From: a virus
Lineage: Duplodnaviria; Caudoviricetes
Direction: 5' to 3' (one strand)
Length of the DNA: 56,755 nucleotides
Virus record (IMG/VR): IMGVR_UViG_3300020442_002198
Location: 1-56,755 of that record
A program made the translations under genes and the position numbers. The notes beneath the pieces were generated by a model, which had not been told where the DNA came from, ran no database searches, and was given only the letters and a program-made list of their open reading frames with translations. Positions 27,628 through 36,562 of the stretch are shown piece after piece (position 1 is the first letter of the stretch; every line of letters begins with the position of its first letter).

Positions 27628-28181
27628 TTTAAACTTTCTGCAAATTCTAATAAGTTTTCAAAAACTTTTGTACGTTTTTTTAAGTCTTTGTTGGCAAAAG
27701 TATTTAATTTTTTGAGTGTTTCTTCACCATATCCAGTTTTGACTAGAATAGGTTTTGCTTTAATTTTAATTGCAGCCTTTAAGTCTGTAATCTTATCACC
27801 AACATATACACCTTTTGAAAAATTCACGCCTATTTCTTTTTCAGCACGTTGGAACATACCAGTATTTGGCTTTGCGTAAATATCATCTTTTAGATTTGTT
27901 GTGCTGTAATACAATCCGTTAATACTTGTACATCCGATATTTCCTAAAAGTTGTAACATATGCTGATTTACTACATCAACATCTACCGGAGTCATCAAAC
28001 CTTTATGTATACCTGCCTGATTTGTTAAAATAACAACATCATATCCTTTATCACGCATAAGTTTTATGGCTTCAAGTGACCCTGGAATAGGTTCAAACTC
28101 TCTTGGGTGCTTGACATATGTACCAATGTCCTTATTAATTGTGCCGTCTCTGTCTAACCCTATTACAAAGCTATCTGTCAT
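27624..28181 (-). CDS. gmhB: Heptose-1,7-bisphosphate phosphatase (HAD family)
   Basis: LDRDGTIN, TNQAGI, KPNTGM, VGDK..D, VKTGYG; likely start ATG 28181. Confidence 0.85.
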   Translation of the reverse strand: MTDSFVIGLDRDGTINKDIGTYVKHPREFEPIPGSLEAIKLMRDKGYDVVILTNQAGIHKGLMTPVDVDVVNQHMLQLLGNIGCTSINGLYYSTTNLKDDIYAKPNTGMFQRAEKEIGVNFSKGVYVGDKITDLKAAIKIKAKPILVKTGYGEETLKKLNTFANKDLKKRTKVFENLLEFAESLK

Positions 28182-28749
28182 ATGTATACCATCCTGTGAT
28201 AATATATTTTTCACCTTCGTATATAGGATTTCCTCTATGTGGATGTGTGTAAGCAGTTGGAAAAAATACTAAACTGCCCTGCTTAGGAGAAAGTTTTACT
28301 CCTTGATACAAAAATTCAGTATCGCCTCCATTCTTTACAGTGTTAAGATACAGCATGTAGTTAACAACTCGTGTACTTGATCCAATATCTCCACTTTCTT
28401 GGTGCCATGCATGGTATCCTTGGTGTGGACTAGTCTTTTGGACACTCATTCCCTTAGGAGAATGCTCTTCACTATTCTTTAAAATGTCGTATTTTTCTTG
28501 GTACAAGTTTGTATATGTGTCATGTAGTAAAGTGTAAAAATGTTCTACTAGTTTATAATCATAATGGTATTGTTTGTTGTTGTGTGCCCAATCAAATGTG
28601 ACTCTTTCATCACTATTATGCTGTAAACTATTCCTGGTATAAGTTTTCTTGAGTTTGCTCATCATTTTAAAGTGCCTGATTACTTCATTACAGTAATCTG
28701 CACTAAAAATGCCGTCATAGATTTCTATACCATTATAGTCGTCTTTCAT
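28171..28749 (-). CDS. 2OG-Fe(II) oxygenase (prolyl-hydroxylase-like)
   Basis: YHAWHQE, YLN...GGDTEF, FP...THPHRGNP, KYIITGW. Confidence 0.85.
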   Translation of the reverse strand: MKDDYNGIEIYDGIFSADYCNEVIRHFKMMSKLKKTYTRNSLQHNSDERVTFDWAHNNKQYHYDYKLVEHFYTLLHDTYTNLYQEKYDILKNSEEHSPKGMSVQKTSPHQGYHAWHQESGDIGSSTRVVNYMLYLNTVKNGGDTEFLYQGVKLSPKQGSLVFFPTAYTHPHRGNPIYEGEKYIITGWYTYDR

Positions 28750-28750
28750 G

Positions 28751-29107
28751 TTACTGACTGTCGCCTTTTTCTACTCTATAATTATCTTCAACACTATCTG
28801 CTGTGCTTACTTCTACGATAGTTCCTTCTTTTATGCAAGTAATTTGGTGTGGAACCATTGGAGGATTATGCCATGTGTCTCCTTTTTCTAAAGTGGTAAC
28901 ATTGACATCAGCAGTTTTTGTATCTATCCAGCGTACAATATAGCTTCCAGACAAAATATGCCAAGTTTCATCTTTAATTTTGTGCATGTGCATTGAACAT
29001 TTATGTCCTCTATCAAAATTAAGCAGTTTTCCGCAATATAAGTCATTTGTTGCAAAGATAGTTTCACTACCCCATCCTTTTTCTACTTCGCCTTTAAGTC
29101 TAGTCAC
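28751..29107 (-). CDS. Cupin, sugar-isomerase-like
   Basis: VEKGWGSE, SMHMHKIKDETW, PHQ, EVST..D.YR; intact His/His/Glu/His metal set. Confidence 0.8.
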   Translation of the reverse strand: MTRLKGEVEKGWGSETIFATNDLYCGKLLNFDRGHKCSMHMHKIKDETWHILSGSYIVRWIDTKTADVNVTTLEKGDTWHNPPMVPHQITCIKEGTIVEVSTADSVEDNYRVEKGDSQ

Positions 29108-30353
29108 TTATTTTCTCCACTATTTTACTTGTACTATAGCCATTTACTGTAGGAAATATATCTACATCTGCAAGATCTGAACCTACAACATCATTTGGGT
29201 CATAATCTCCGCCTTTTACAATAAGGTTTGGCTTTATTTCTTCAATTAATTGGTAAGGAGTATCTTCTTCAAACACTTTTACCTCGTCTACCCACGGTAA
29301 TTCTTCTAGTTGTGCTATTCTTGAAGTAATATTATTAATTGGTCTTTGTGATCCTTTAATTCTTTGTACACTTGCATCACTGTTAATACCAACAATTAAC
29401 TTACTACCCTTAGTTTTTGCATATTTTAGTAATTTTAGATGTCCTGCATGTAAAACATCAAACACTCCGTTAGTAAAAACAACTTCTTGATGAATATCTT
29501 CTTTAGAAACAACATGTACACCTCTATGTTCAACTGCTCTTGCGGCGGCAAAACATGCTTTTTCACATGCTGTAAATACATTTTCATCTTGATCTATTAG
29601 ATAAGCCAATACAGCTAACACTGTGTCACCTGCACCTGTGACATCAGCTACTTCCTGGGCAGGTTCTTGAAAATGTTGATATTCGCCGTTTTTGTTGAAA
29701 ACATACATACCATTTGCACCGGCTGTTACTACCAGCCATGTCCAATTATAGTCAACAACTGCTTGTTTTGCCTTTTCTATAGAAAATTTGCCAAACCAAT
29801 TTTTAAATTCGCGAAAATTAGGTTTCACAAGGTAAGCATTTCTATATATTTCAGCATTTTGCTTAGGATCTACCAAAATTTTACACTTTTTTTCTAATAT
29901 CTTTTGTATAGTATCTTCTCTTACTGTACCTTTTGCGTAATCACTTACGCATACAATATCATTTTCATTCAATTCGCTTATTAACCTATCAAAAGCGTCT
30001 GAACCTGTGTATTTTTCTTCTCTATCCCACCTACAAATGTGCTGACCTCCTTGTCCGACAAGTCTATTCTTTGTAGTTGTCATAGTACTATCCATACTTG
30101 CTCTAAAATTAATCTTTTTAAAGTCGGAAAAACAGTCTATAACCCTATAGCCTTCTTTATCTGGTGCAATACTTCCATAAACTCCAATTTTTCCGTTGAG
30201 ATTTGCAATGTTGACTGCTAAGTTGCCAGCACCTCCGGGACAAAATTTTTGTTCTACTTCTTTAAGCACTGGTACAGGCGCTTCAGGACTGATACGACGG
30301 GCTTTGCCTACGATCCATCTATCCAACATTATATCGCCGTAAACTTTTATCAT
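29100..30353 (-). CDS. hldE: Bifunctional heptose-7-phosphate kinase / heptose-1-phosphate adenylyltransferase
   Basis: GDIMLD, RISPEAPVPV, GGAGNLA, SDYAKG, VDPK, DVTGAGDT; then FTNGVFDVLHAGH, GINSDAS, KG..RPIN, VKGGDY, STS. Confidence 0.93.
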   Translation of the reverse strand: MIKVYGDIMLDRWIVGKARRISPEAPVPVLKEVEQKFCPGGAGNLAVNIANLNGKIGVYGSIAPDKEGYRVIDCFSDFKKINFRASMDSTMTTTKNRLVGQGGQHICRWDREEKYTGSDAFDRLISELNENDIVCVSDYAKGTVREDTIQKILEKKCKILVDPKQNAEIYRNAYLVKPNFREFKNWFGKFSIEKAKQAVVDYNWTWLVVTAGANGMYVFNKNGEYQHFQEPAQEVADVTGAGDTVLAVLAYLIDQDENVFTACEKACFAAARAVEHRGVHVVSKEDIHQEVVFTNGVFDVLHAGHLKLLKYAKTKGSKLIVGINSDASVQRIKGSQRPINNITSRIAQLEELPWVDEVKVFEEDTPYQLIEEIKPNLIVKGGDYDPNDVVGSDLADVDIFPTVNGYSTSKIVEKISD

Positions 30354-30361
30354 AATTTATA

Positions 30362-31816
30362 CTAACATAGCTTTCTAATTAAGTCAATCATCATTTTATG
30401 CGGAATTGTTTTAACATTAGATTCAGTGTCTCTTAAATTTTGCACTGATCTGTTTGCATAATCTTTTACTGCCTGAGGGAAGTTTTGAAACTGTTGCTTT
30501 ATGCTTTCTGTATCAAATAAACCAAGGCCATGCAATACTAATGCATGATTATATTCGTTAAACAACACTTTAGATGTTTTATTATTAAAGTCTTCGCTAA
30601 TTGGTAGCTTATTTTTCCAAATTTCTAAATTATTTTTTAGACTTTCAGGTAATTCTACAGATCTTGCATTTATCCAAAAATTAGTATCATCTCTATCACA
30701 CATGTAATGCAGTAAAACAAAGTCTCTTATGTTTTCTAATATTGCATTTACTTCTTCATTATAACGATCTATAGTAGTTTGGTTATATTTGTGTAATCTA
30801 CTGGCAAGTAAAAATGCTTGTTGTATACTTGTACCAATACTACTTGCTTCTAAAGGTTCAACAAAACTTGCACTTAATCCTATTGCACATACATTTTGAA
30901 TCCATGTTTTATCTAATGCTCCCGGATCGAAACTGATTGTTTTGGCTATATCAACAGTATGTCCTAGATATTCTTCAACTTCTGCCTTTGCTTCTTCGTC
31001 AGTAATATAGTCACTATCAAATATGTACCCGTTACCTTTTCTACCCCATACAGGAATACGGAACATCCAACCATATTTCATTGCTTGTGCAAGTGTCCAA
31101 TACGGATATTCTGTCTCATCTCCTGTTGGAAACACAATAGCACGTTTCATTTTTAAGTATTGACCATAACTTTGCCATTCGGCACCTAATTTACCAATTA
31201 ATAATCTTGCAAATCCGGTGCAATCTATATAAAAATCATAATTGTATTCACTACTTCCTATTAATTTGTCCACTCCGTTTTTATCTAGTACCACTTCTGT
31301 AATTTTATCATCATATTGACTTATTCCTATTTGTGTACATTTATCACTAAGGAAAGTGTTTAGTTCACGTGTGTTAAAATGGTACTGTGTTACTGGCATT
31401 TCTTCTGGAGATATGTCTATAAATTTATTGAATGGGACTTCGCTGTTCCAAGTTGTATGTGCTACTAAGTCTATAGGATCACAATCTTCGCCTATTAATT
31501 TAGCATATGCCATCGGAGTATCGTTATGAGCTCCTACTAGATTGCCTTCTACACCCTGTAAATAGTCTCTGCTTCCCCAACCTTTAAACATAATACCACT
31601 TTTAAACGTTGCACCACAATTTTTAACTATTTCGTGAGGATGTATACCACAATAATCTATAAATCTTGCCCAATGTTCTGTACTGCCTTCACCTACACCA
31701 ATTATTCCTACGTCACTACTGCTTATAATGTCTATTTCATAATTAGGATATGTGTTTTTTAGAATAAGTGCAGTTACAAATCCAGCTGTACCACTACCTA
31801 AAATACAAATTCTCAT
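30362..31816 (-). CDS. Flavin-dependent (tryptophan halogenase family) enzyme
   Basis: GSGTAG, IGVGEGS, ATFKSGI (position of the catalytic Lys), IDCTGF, GWMFRIP, FVEPLEAS, IRDFVLLHY, FW. Confidence 0.88.
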   Translation of the reverse strand: MRICILGSGTAGFVTALILKNTYPNYEIDIISSSDVGIIGVGEGSTEHWARFIDYCGIHPHEIVKNCGATFKSGIMFKGWGSRDYLQGVEGNLVGAHNDTPMAYAKLIGEDCDPIDLVAHTTWNSEVPFNKFIDISPEEMPVTQYHFNTRELNTFLSDKCTQIGISQYDDKITEVVLDKNGVDKLIGSSEYNYDFYIDCTGFARLLIGKLGAEWQSYGQYLKMKRAIVFPTGDETEYPYWTLAQAMKYGWMFRIPVWGRKGNGYIFDSDYITDEEAKAEVEEYLGHTVDIAKTISFDPGALDKTWIQNVCAIGLSASFVEPLEASSIGTSIQQAFLLASRLHKYNQTTIDRYNEEVNAILENIRDFVLLHYMCDRDDTNFWINARSVELPESLKNNLEIWKNKLPISEDFNNKTSKVLFNEYNHALVLHGLGLFDTESIKQQFQNFPQAVKDYANRSVQNLRDTESNVKTIPHKMMIDLIRKLC

Positions 31817-31824
31817 GTAATCTC

Positions 31825-32508
31825 CTATATGAAGAATTGTTGATTTATTCTATATGTATCAACAAACATATCTGGTTTTATATATGCTGTATGTAGTGCG
31901 TTTTGGTTATATAAAACCATCCTATTATATACCATTTCTGCCATACCAATCATTTCCCAGTCTCCTACACTATCAGTCAGGTAGTGATCTATTATTTTTG
32001 TTTTTTCTTTATCTATGTGTCCACTACGGTTACTTGTGCTACCATTAAATTTATAAAAACTTGTGCCGCCTGCACATTCGTCAGGTGTATTTAAGTATAT
32101 TGTGCTTGCAAAATTTACATCACTAGGATTATCAACATGGGGGGCCATAGGTGGCAAATCAATACTTTTCATCACATTAACCATAAATGTTGCTTGTTGA
32201 AAACTTAAATGTATAGCTTGATGATGTACACTATTAAATACGTTTGGCCAATTTGTTCTTAATAATTGGTCATATATTCCGCTCATACTGTCTAAATCAT
32301 AAAATGCGTTAATTCGTAACGCAGGATTTCCACATCTAATACGTTTATTAGCTGTTGGCGGTATACTTAGTGCTAATTGTCTTACTAAATCAGGATTTTT
32401 GTAAAAGTTATCAACTATTACACAAGGTACAGTGTCATAATATTCAACTTTTATCTCGCAATCGGGATTGATTGCAAATACATCCTGTTCATTAATGATA
32501 TTAATCAT
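31825..32508 (-). CDS. 2OG-Fe(II) oxygenase-like protein (DUF6445-like)
   Basis: VDNFYKNPD.VR, PHVD, IYLN, GGTSFY, YNRMVLY....LH, R..QQFF. Confidence 0.75.
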   Translation of the reverse strand: MINIINEQDVFAINPDCEIKVEYYDTVPCVIVDNFYKNPDLVRQLALSIPPTANKRIRCGNPALRINAFYDLDSMSGIYDQLLRTNWPNVFNSVHHQAIHLSFQQATFMVNVMKSIDLPPMAPHVDNPSDVNFASTIYLNTPDECAGGTSFYKFNGSTSNRSGHIDKEKTKIIDHYLTDSVGDWEMIGMAEMVYNRMVLYNQNALHTAYIKPDMFVDTYRINQQFFI

Positions 32509-34282
32509 TCATTTTACTCACTAATATATCCAGTTCAGGCAAATACATATACTCTATATCACTGTTTGCCATTGTTCTAACTGCATCATCAAGTGTCTCT
32601 ACAAGTGGTTCTCCTCCTAAATTAAACGATGTGTTAAACAATATTGGAACTTTTGTTTTTTCATAAAACTTTTCTATTAAATTGTAATAGTGTTTGTTTT
32701 GTTCTTTTGTTACTGTTTGTATACGGCAAGTTCCATCTACATGAATAATGCTAGGAATCTTTTCTTCTACACCTGGCTTACAATCCATTGCATACATCAT
32801 GTGTGGTGATTCTTTCAATGTATGCATTTCAAACCAATCATGAGCATGATCGGCTAATATTGTTCCTGCAAAGGGACGAAAATATTCTCTACGTTTTACA
32901 ATGTTTACATGATCTTTTCCATTTGGGTCAGTTGGATCATATAGTATACTACGATTTCCTAATGCACGTGGTCCGTTTTCTGATCTACCTTGGAAAATAG
33001 TTACAATATTTCTATCTGTAAGTAGATTTACTACATCATCATAACTAATATTTGTTTTAAATTCTGCTTCATATTTTTCGCATACAGAAACGACATCATC
33101 TTTTGTGTAAATGTTACGAGGACCTAAATATAAACTATTACGATAGTTACGTACTTTATCATCTTCAGTTGTGTTATGATAAATTGCAAGTGCCGCTCCA
33201 ACACAAGTGCCAGCATCACTCGATATAGGTTCTACAAATAAGTTGATTTCATGCTCTTTTAGCTTATCTAAATACCAATAGTTTGCAACACAGTTAAGTC
33301 CATAACCTCCAGAAAGAACAATATTTTTATTTCCAGTTTTTTCACTTGCTTCTATTATAAGTCTTAAAACTTGTTCTTGCGTTTCTTGTTGTAATGCAAA
33401 TGCTAAATCTCTTCTATTTTCTAATTTTGTTAGGTCCTTTTCTCCTGGCACTGTATGAAAATATTCGTATGAACCTTCATTTACAAATGCACCGTTTGGA
33501 TAATTTGGAACAATAAAATTCCTATTTGCTTGTGGCCATTTTGTTTCATTTACAAATAATTTTGGAATATTTTCGTTTGGTTTTCCGTAAGGAGCAAGGC
33601 CCATAGTTTTGCCAGCTTCAATAGGTTGAAATCCACAATAATGTGTTACTGCTTCATATACTTTTACTATACCTGCACTATCATCTATACATAGATCAAA
33701 CTCTTCTTCGCCTTCTTTTTGAACGTTTTCTATCATAGCACCTGTAAATGGACCACGTCCGCCTTGATGTTTCCATAATGTTTTAAAATTTGCAGGATAG
33801 CTACAATCAAATATAGTTTCTAATTCCCAAGTCATTTCCTGATTCTCACCAAATTGCATAGGAATAAACGTACCAGCGCCATCAACTATAACTGCTGTTG
33901 CAGTCTCAAACCCACTGTTATAGAATGCACATGCGGCATGTAATTTATGATGTACATGACTTAGATCTATAACTTGAGGATGGTCATAAACCCAATCAGG
34001 ATTTCTATCAATAAGCCCTAGTTTTCTAGCTAATCCTGTATACATATCATCACCGGTGTAATCTATTCTTGAAGATTCAGCTAACGGCTGAGTGTGAGCT
34101 ATAACTAGATAATCTAATTTATCAGTATACTCTAATATTTTGACCATTCCTGCGAATGGACTACCATCATATTTTTGTCTAGATAATCTTTCTTCTTCAA
34201 CTGCAAAAACTATTTCGCCATCTTTTAATAAACAAACACAACCATTGTGTCCACGTGTAATGCCGGCAATCCACTGTGCCAT
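32501..34282 (-). CDS. O-carbamoyltransferase, NodU/CmcH family
   Basis: EEERLSRQK, HHKLHA, VDGAG, AGKTMGLAPYG, GGYGLNCVAN, DAG, GPRALGNRS, KRREYFRPFA, HVDGTCRIQTV, NTSFN. Confidence 0.95.
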   Translation of the reverse strand: MAQWIAGITRGHNGCVCLLKDGEIVFAVEEERLSRQKYDGSPFAGMVKILEYTDKLDYLVIAHTQPLAESSRIDYTGDDMYTGLARKLGLIDRNPDWVYDHPQVIDLSHVHHKLHAACAFYNSGFETATAVIVDGAGTFIPMQFGENQEMTWELETIFDCSYPANFKTLWKHQGGRGPFTGAMIENVQKEGEEEFDLCIDDSAGIVKVYEAVTHYCGFQPIEAGKTMGLAPYGKPNENIPKLFVNETKWPQANRNFIVPNYPNGAFVNEGSYEYFHTVPGEKDLTKLENRRDLAFALQQETQEQVLRLIIEASEKTGNKNIVLSGGYGLNCVANYWYLDKLKEHEINLFVEPISSDAGTCVGAALAIYHNTTEDDKVRNYRNSLYLGPRNIYTKDDVVSVCEKYEAEFKTNISYDDVVNLLTDRNIVTIFQGRSENGPRALGNRSILYDPTDPNGKDHVNIVKRREYFRPFAGTILADHAHDWFEMHTLKESPHMMYAMDCKPGVEEKIPSIIHVDGTCRIQTVTKEQNKHYYNLIEKFYEKTKVPILFNTSFNLGGEPLVETLDDAVRTMANSDIEYMYLPELDILVSKMND

Positions 34283-34806
34283 TATACTTCTCCCATTTCG
34301 TAACTAAAGTCACATACTAATACTTTACGTTCATTTTTTGTTGGTGCTGTTCCATGCCAAACAGTTCCGTCCATTATAATTAAATCTCCTGCTGTAGGTG
34401 GTATATATTCGCACCCAAACTTATCATGCACTAGAAATAAATTGCCGGCTTGCGGCCAGTCTTCATTATACTCATAGGTATTTAAAAATAATACACTTGT
34501 AAACTGCAAACCTGGCTGATGTCTATGCACACCGCTGTAAGATTCTTTTTGATAGTCGATCCACCAGCATTTTTCGAACTTTATATTTTGTATAGGTAGG
34601 TTAATATGTCCTACTATGTAATCTAAATAACTTGTATCTTCAAAAGGCCATGCAAAATCATCCATATAGTACATGTTGGCACCGCCACTATCTTTGTGTG
34701 TTTGGGTATGTGTTCCATAAAGTTTTGCAAAATCTTTGTAACCTTCGTAATTACATCTAATACGCCAACCACTGTACATTTGTAAAAACCATTCATCATC
34801 CATCAT
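34282..34806 (-). CDS. Putative Fe(II) oxygenase (double-stranded beta-helix, HxH...H)
   Basis: WWIDY, VHRH, SVLFL, GDLIIMDG.VWHGTAP...RKV. Confidence 0.65.
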   Translation of the reverse strand: MMDDEWFLQMYSGWRIRCNYEGYKDFAKLYGTHTQTHKDSGGANMYYMDDFAWPFEDTSYLDYIVGHINLPIQNIKFEKCWWIDYQKESYSGVHRHQPGLQFTSVLFLNTYEYNEDWPQAGNLFLVHDKFGCEYIPPTAGDLIIMDGTVWHGTAPTKNERKVLVCDFSYEMGEV

Positions 34807-35384
34807 CCTTTGAATGAACCTCCTGCATCCTGGTCAAGATTTTCTACAAATTTATATTCCCAATCCATACAAAATACTTTACGTTCGTTTATATTAGGAT
34901 ATGTACCATGTTGAATTCTTCCGTCTAATATTACTACATCACCAGCTTCTGGAGTGAAATCAATATGTTTTATTTTACTAGGTGTTGCAAATAGATGTCC
35001 TGCATTTGGTCTAGTTTCATCATGAAAATAAGGAGTTAAATTACAAATTACACTAAACCGTTGTGTTTGTTCGTGCGAGTGCATAGTACTATAGGTTCCT
35101 AGTGGATAATCGATCCACCAACTGCTTACAGGGCGTACATTTTCTATAGGCAAATTTTCTACACAACTATACACAAAATCAATAAAATGTTTTTTTGGGT
35201 CAGCGTACTCAGGATATCTATAATCTTCGTAGTAGTTCATTTTACTTCCGCCCGGTGTAGTGTGTCCGTCAACATTTAATTCAAATAAACTTAAAAATCT
35301 TTCATATTCGTTATAATGATTTTCAGCCAACATCCAATCTTGAAATATTTCATTATAGAAATGATCTGCTAAACTAAAACTCAT
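34803..35384 (-). CDS. Putative Fe(II) oxygenase (HxH...H), tandem paralog of 34282..34806
   Basis: WWIDY, MHSH, GDVVILDG.IQHGTYP...RKV. Confidence 0.65.
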   Translation of the reverse strand: MSFSLADHFYNEIFQDWMLAENHYNEYERFLSLFELNVDGHTTPGGSKMNYYEDYRYPEYADPKKHFIDFVYSCVENLPIENVRPVSSWWIDYPLGTYSTMHSHEQTQRFSVICNLTPYFHDETRPNAGHLFATPSKIKHIDFTPEAGDVVILDGRIQHGTYPNINERKVFCMDWEYKFVENLDQDAGGSFKG

Positions 35385-36445
35385 ATTTTTGGCTTTCCGG
35401 TATGTCCTAGTATTTGTGCTGGTTGTGCTTGTTGATTATGTACTACGCCGTGTGTTGGACACACTTCTTGTGTTTGTTGAGGAGGTTTATATGTACCTGT
35501 ATATTTTTCACTTTGGCCCAGACGTTTTTTTACGGTGTTAACAATCAGCTTGCGATCTTCGTCTGTCATCATCATTACTTCGTCATTTAACCTGTCAGGC
35601 ATGTCTTCCATTGTAAGTCTAATAGGACTGTATGTGCGTTTATCTGCACCTAAATCAATTATATCAAAGTTGTCGTTATTAGGAAAACTAACATTAACAG
35701 GATACGTAGCACCTAAAACAACTGTTGCCGTTCCACCTAGTGCTTTAACAATATGTTGTCCTACACTATCACATCCGAGAAAATGATCTGCTATTTCGAT
35801 TATGCCTGCCCAAATTCTTATATCAGGAATATTAGGTTGTGCTACAGGATATTTACTTTGTCCTTCTTCTAGTGTAATTGGAATTTCACTCATCATTATT
35901 ACTGCATATTCTTTTTTGAGAGTGTTTACTATTTCAACTAAATCATTTAGGTTAAAACTTCTACTTGTGCCATCGATTATTAAATCTCCGTTATTTTCAA
36001 CAGCTCTACCAAATGGTTGTACTACTATAACCTTATCAAATCCAGTAACGCTTTTAACTTCTTCAACTACATTATATGCTTGTGCTATTTCTGGTTTAAA
36101 TAAATGTATTGTTGGATCTTCTAGATCTCTGATTCCTTTTTTGTTTATTTCGATATCAAACGCTTGTGCAATACTGCACTTTTGATTGTAGTATTCCCAT
36201 ACTCTATAAGGTTCTGGAGATATACAATTTCTATTTTTTATTTTTTCTTCGTATAAATTTTTGTGCCAATTATCAAATGCACGTTTATGTAGTGTAGGAT
36301 GTCCTTTGTAAAAGTCCATACCTCCTTCACATACTATGATAAAATCGTCTTCAGGATTATCTTTTTCGTAGTTGATAAAAGCGGGGATGGAACTGATAAC
36401 TCTACCAGCGCCACCGTTGATAAAAAATGCGGTTGAACGTTCCAA
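35381..36445 (-). CDS. GT-B glycosyltransferase, GT9/heptosyltransferase-like
   Basis: TTG start with AGGAG RBS; GGAGRVISSIP, VVQPFG, WAGIIEIADHFLGCDSVGQH..ALG..ATVVLGAT, matching the GT9 C-terminal D-S-x-x-x-H signature. Confidence 0.7.
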   Translation of the reverse strand: MERSTAFFINGGAGRVISSIPAFINYEKDNPEDDFIIVCEGGMDFYKGHPTLHKRAFDNWHKNLYEEKIKNRNCISPEPYRVWEYYNQKCSIAQAFDIEINKKGIRDLEDPTIHLFKPEIAQAYNVVEEVKSVTGFDKVIVVQPFGRAVENNGDLIIDGTSRSFNLNDLVEIVNTLKKEYAVIMMSEIPITLEEGQSKYPVAQPNIPDIRIWAGIIEIADHFLGCDSVGQHIVKALGGTATVVLGATYPVNVSFPNNDNFDIIDLGADKRTYSPIRLTMEDMPDRLNDEVMMMTDEDRKLIVNTVKKRLGQSEKYTGTYKPPQQTQEVCPTHGVVHNQQAQPAQILGHTGKPKI

Positions 36446-36465
36446 AATAAACTCCTATTTGTATT

Positions 36466-36504
36466 ATATTAACACATAATGGATTAATACGCAAGATATT
36501 TATT
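36466..36504 (-). promoter_or_regulatory. Promoter region of the enzyme operon: late-type AATAAATA plus sigma70-like TTGCGT-N17-TAATAT
   Basis: AATAAATA at 36504-36497; TTGCGT at 36494-36489; TAATAT at 36471-36466 preceded by TG. Confidence 0.45.
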
Positions 36505-36533
36505 GAGTCTACTAGGGATTTTCAGTGAAAGTG

Positions 36534-36553
36534 AAAGGGCATTTACGCCCTTT
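36534..36553 (-). terminator. Probable intrinsic terminator after the chaperone gene
   Basis: AAAGGGC-GTAAAT-GCCCTTT hairpin followed by CACTTT, 10 nt after the stop. Confidence 0.65.
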
Positions 36554-36562
36554 ACTAGTTTT

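Noticed and set aside
26815-30353. Bacterial LPS core locus (host DNA or chimeric assembly)
   Set aside because: The genes are coupled to phage-type oxygenases, flanked by virion genes, share the AT-rich style and overlap a phage late promoter.
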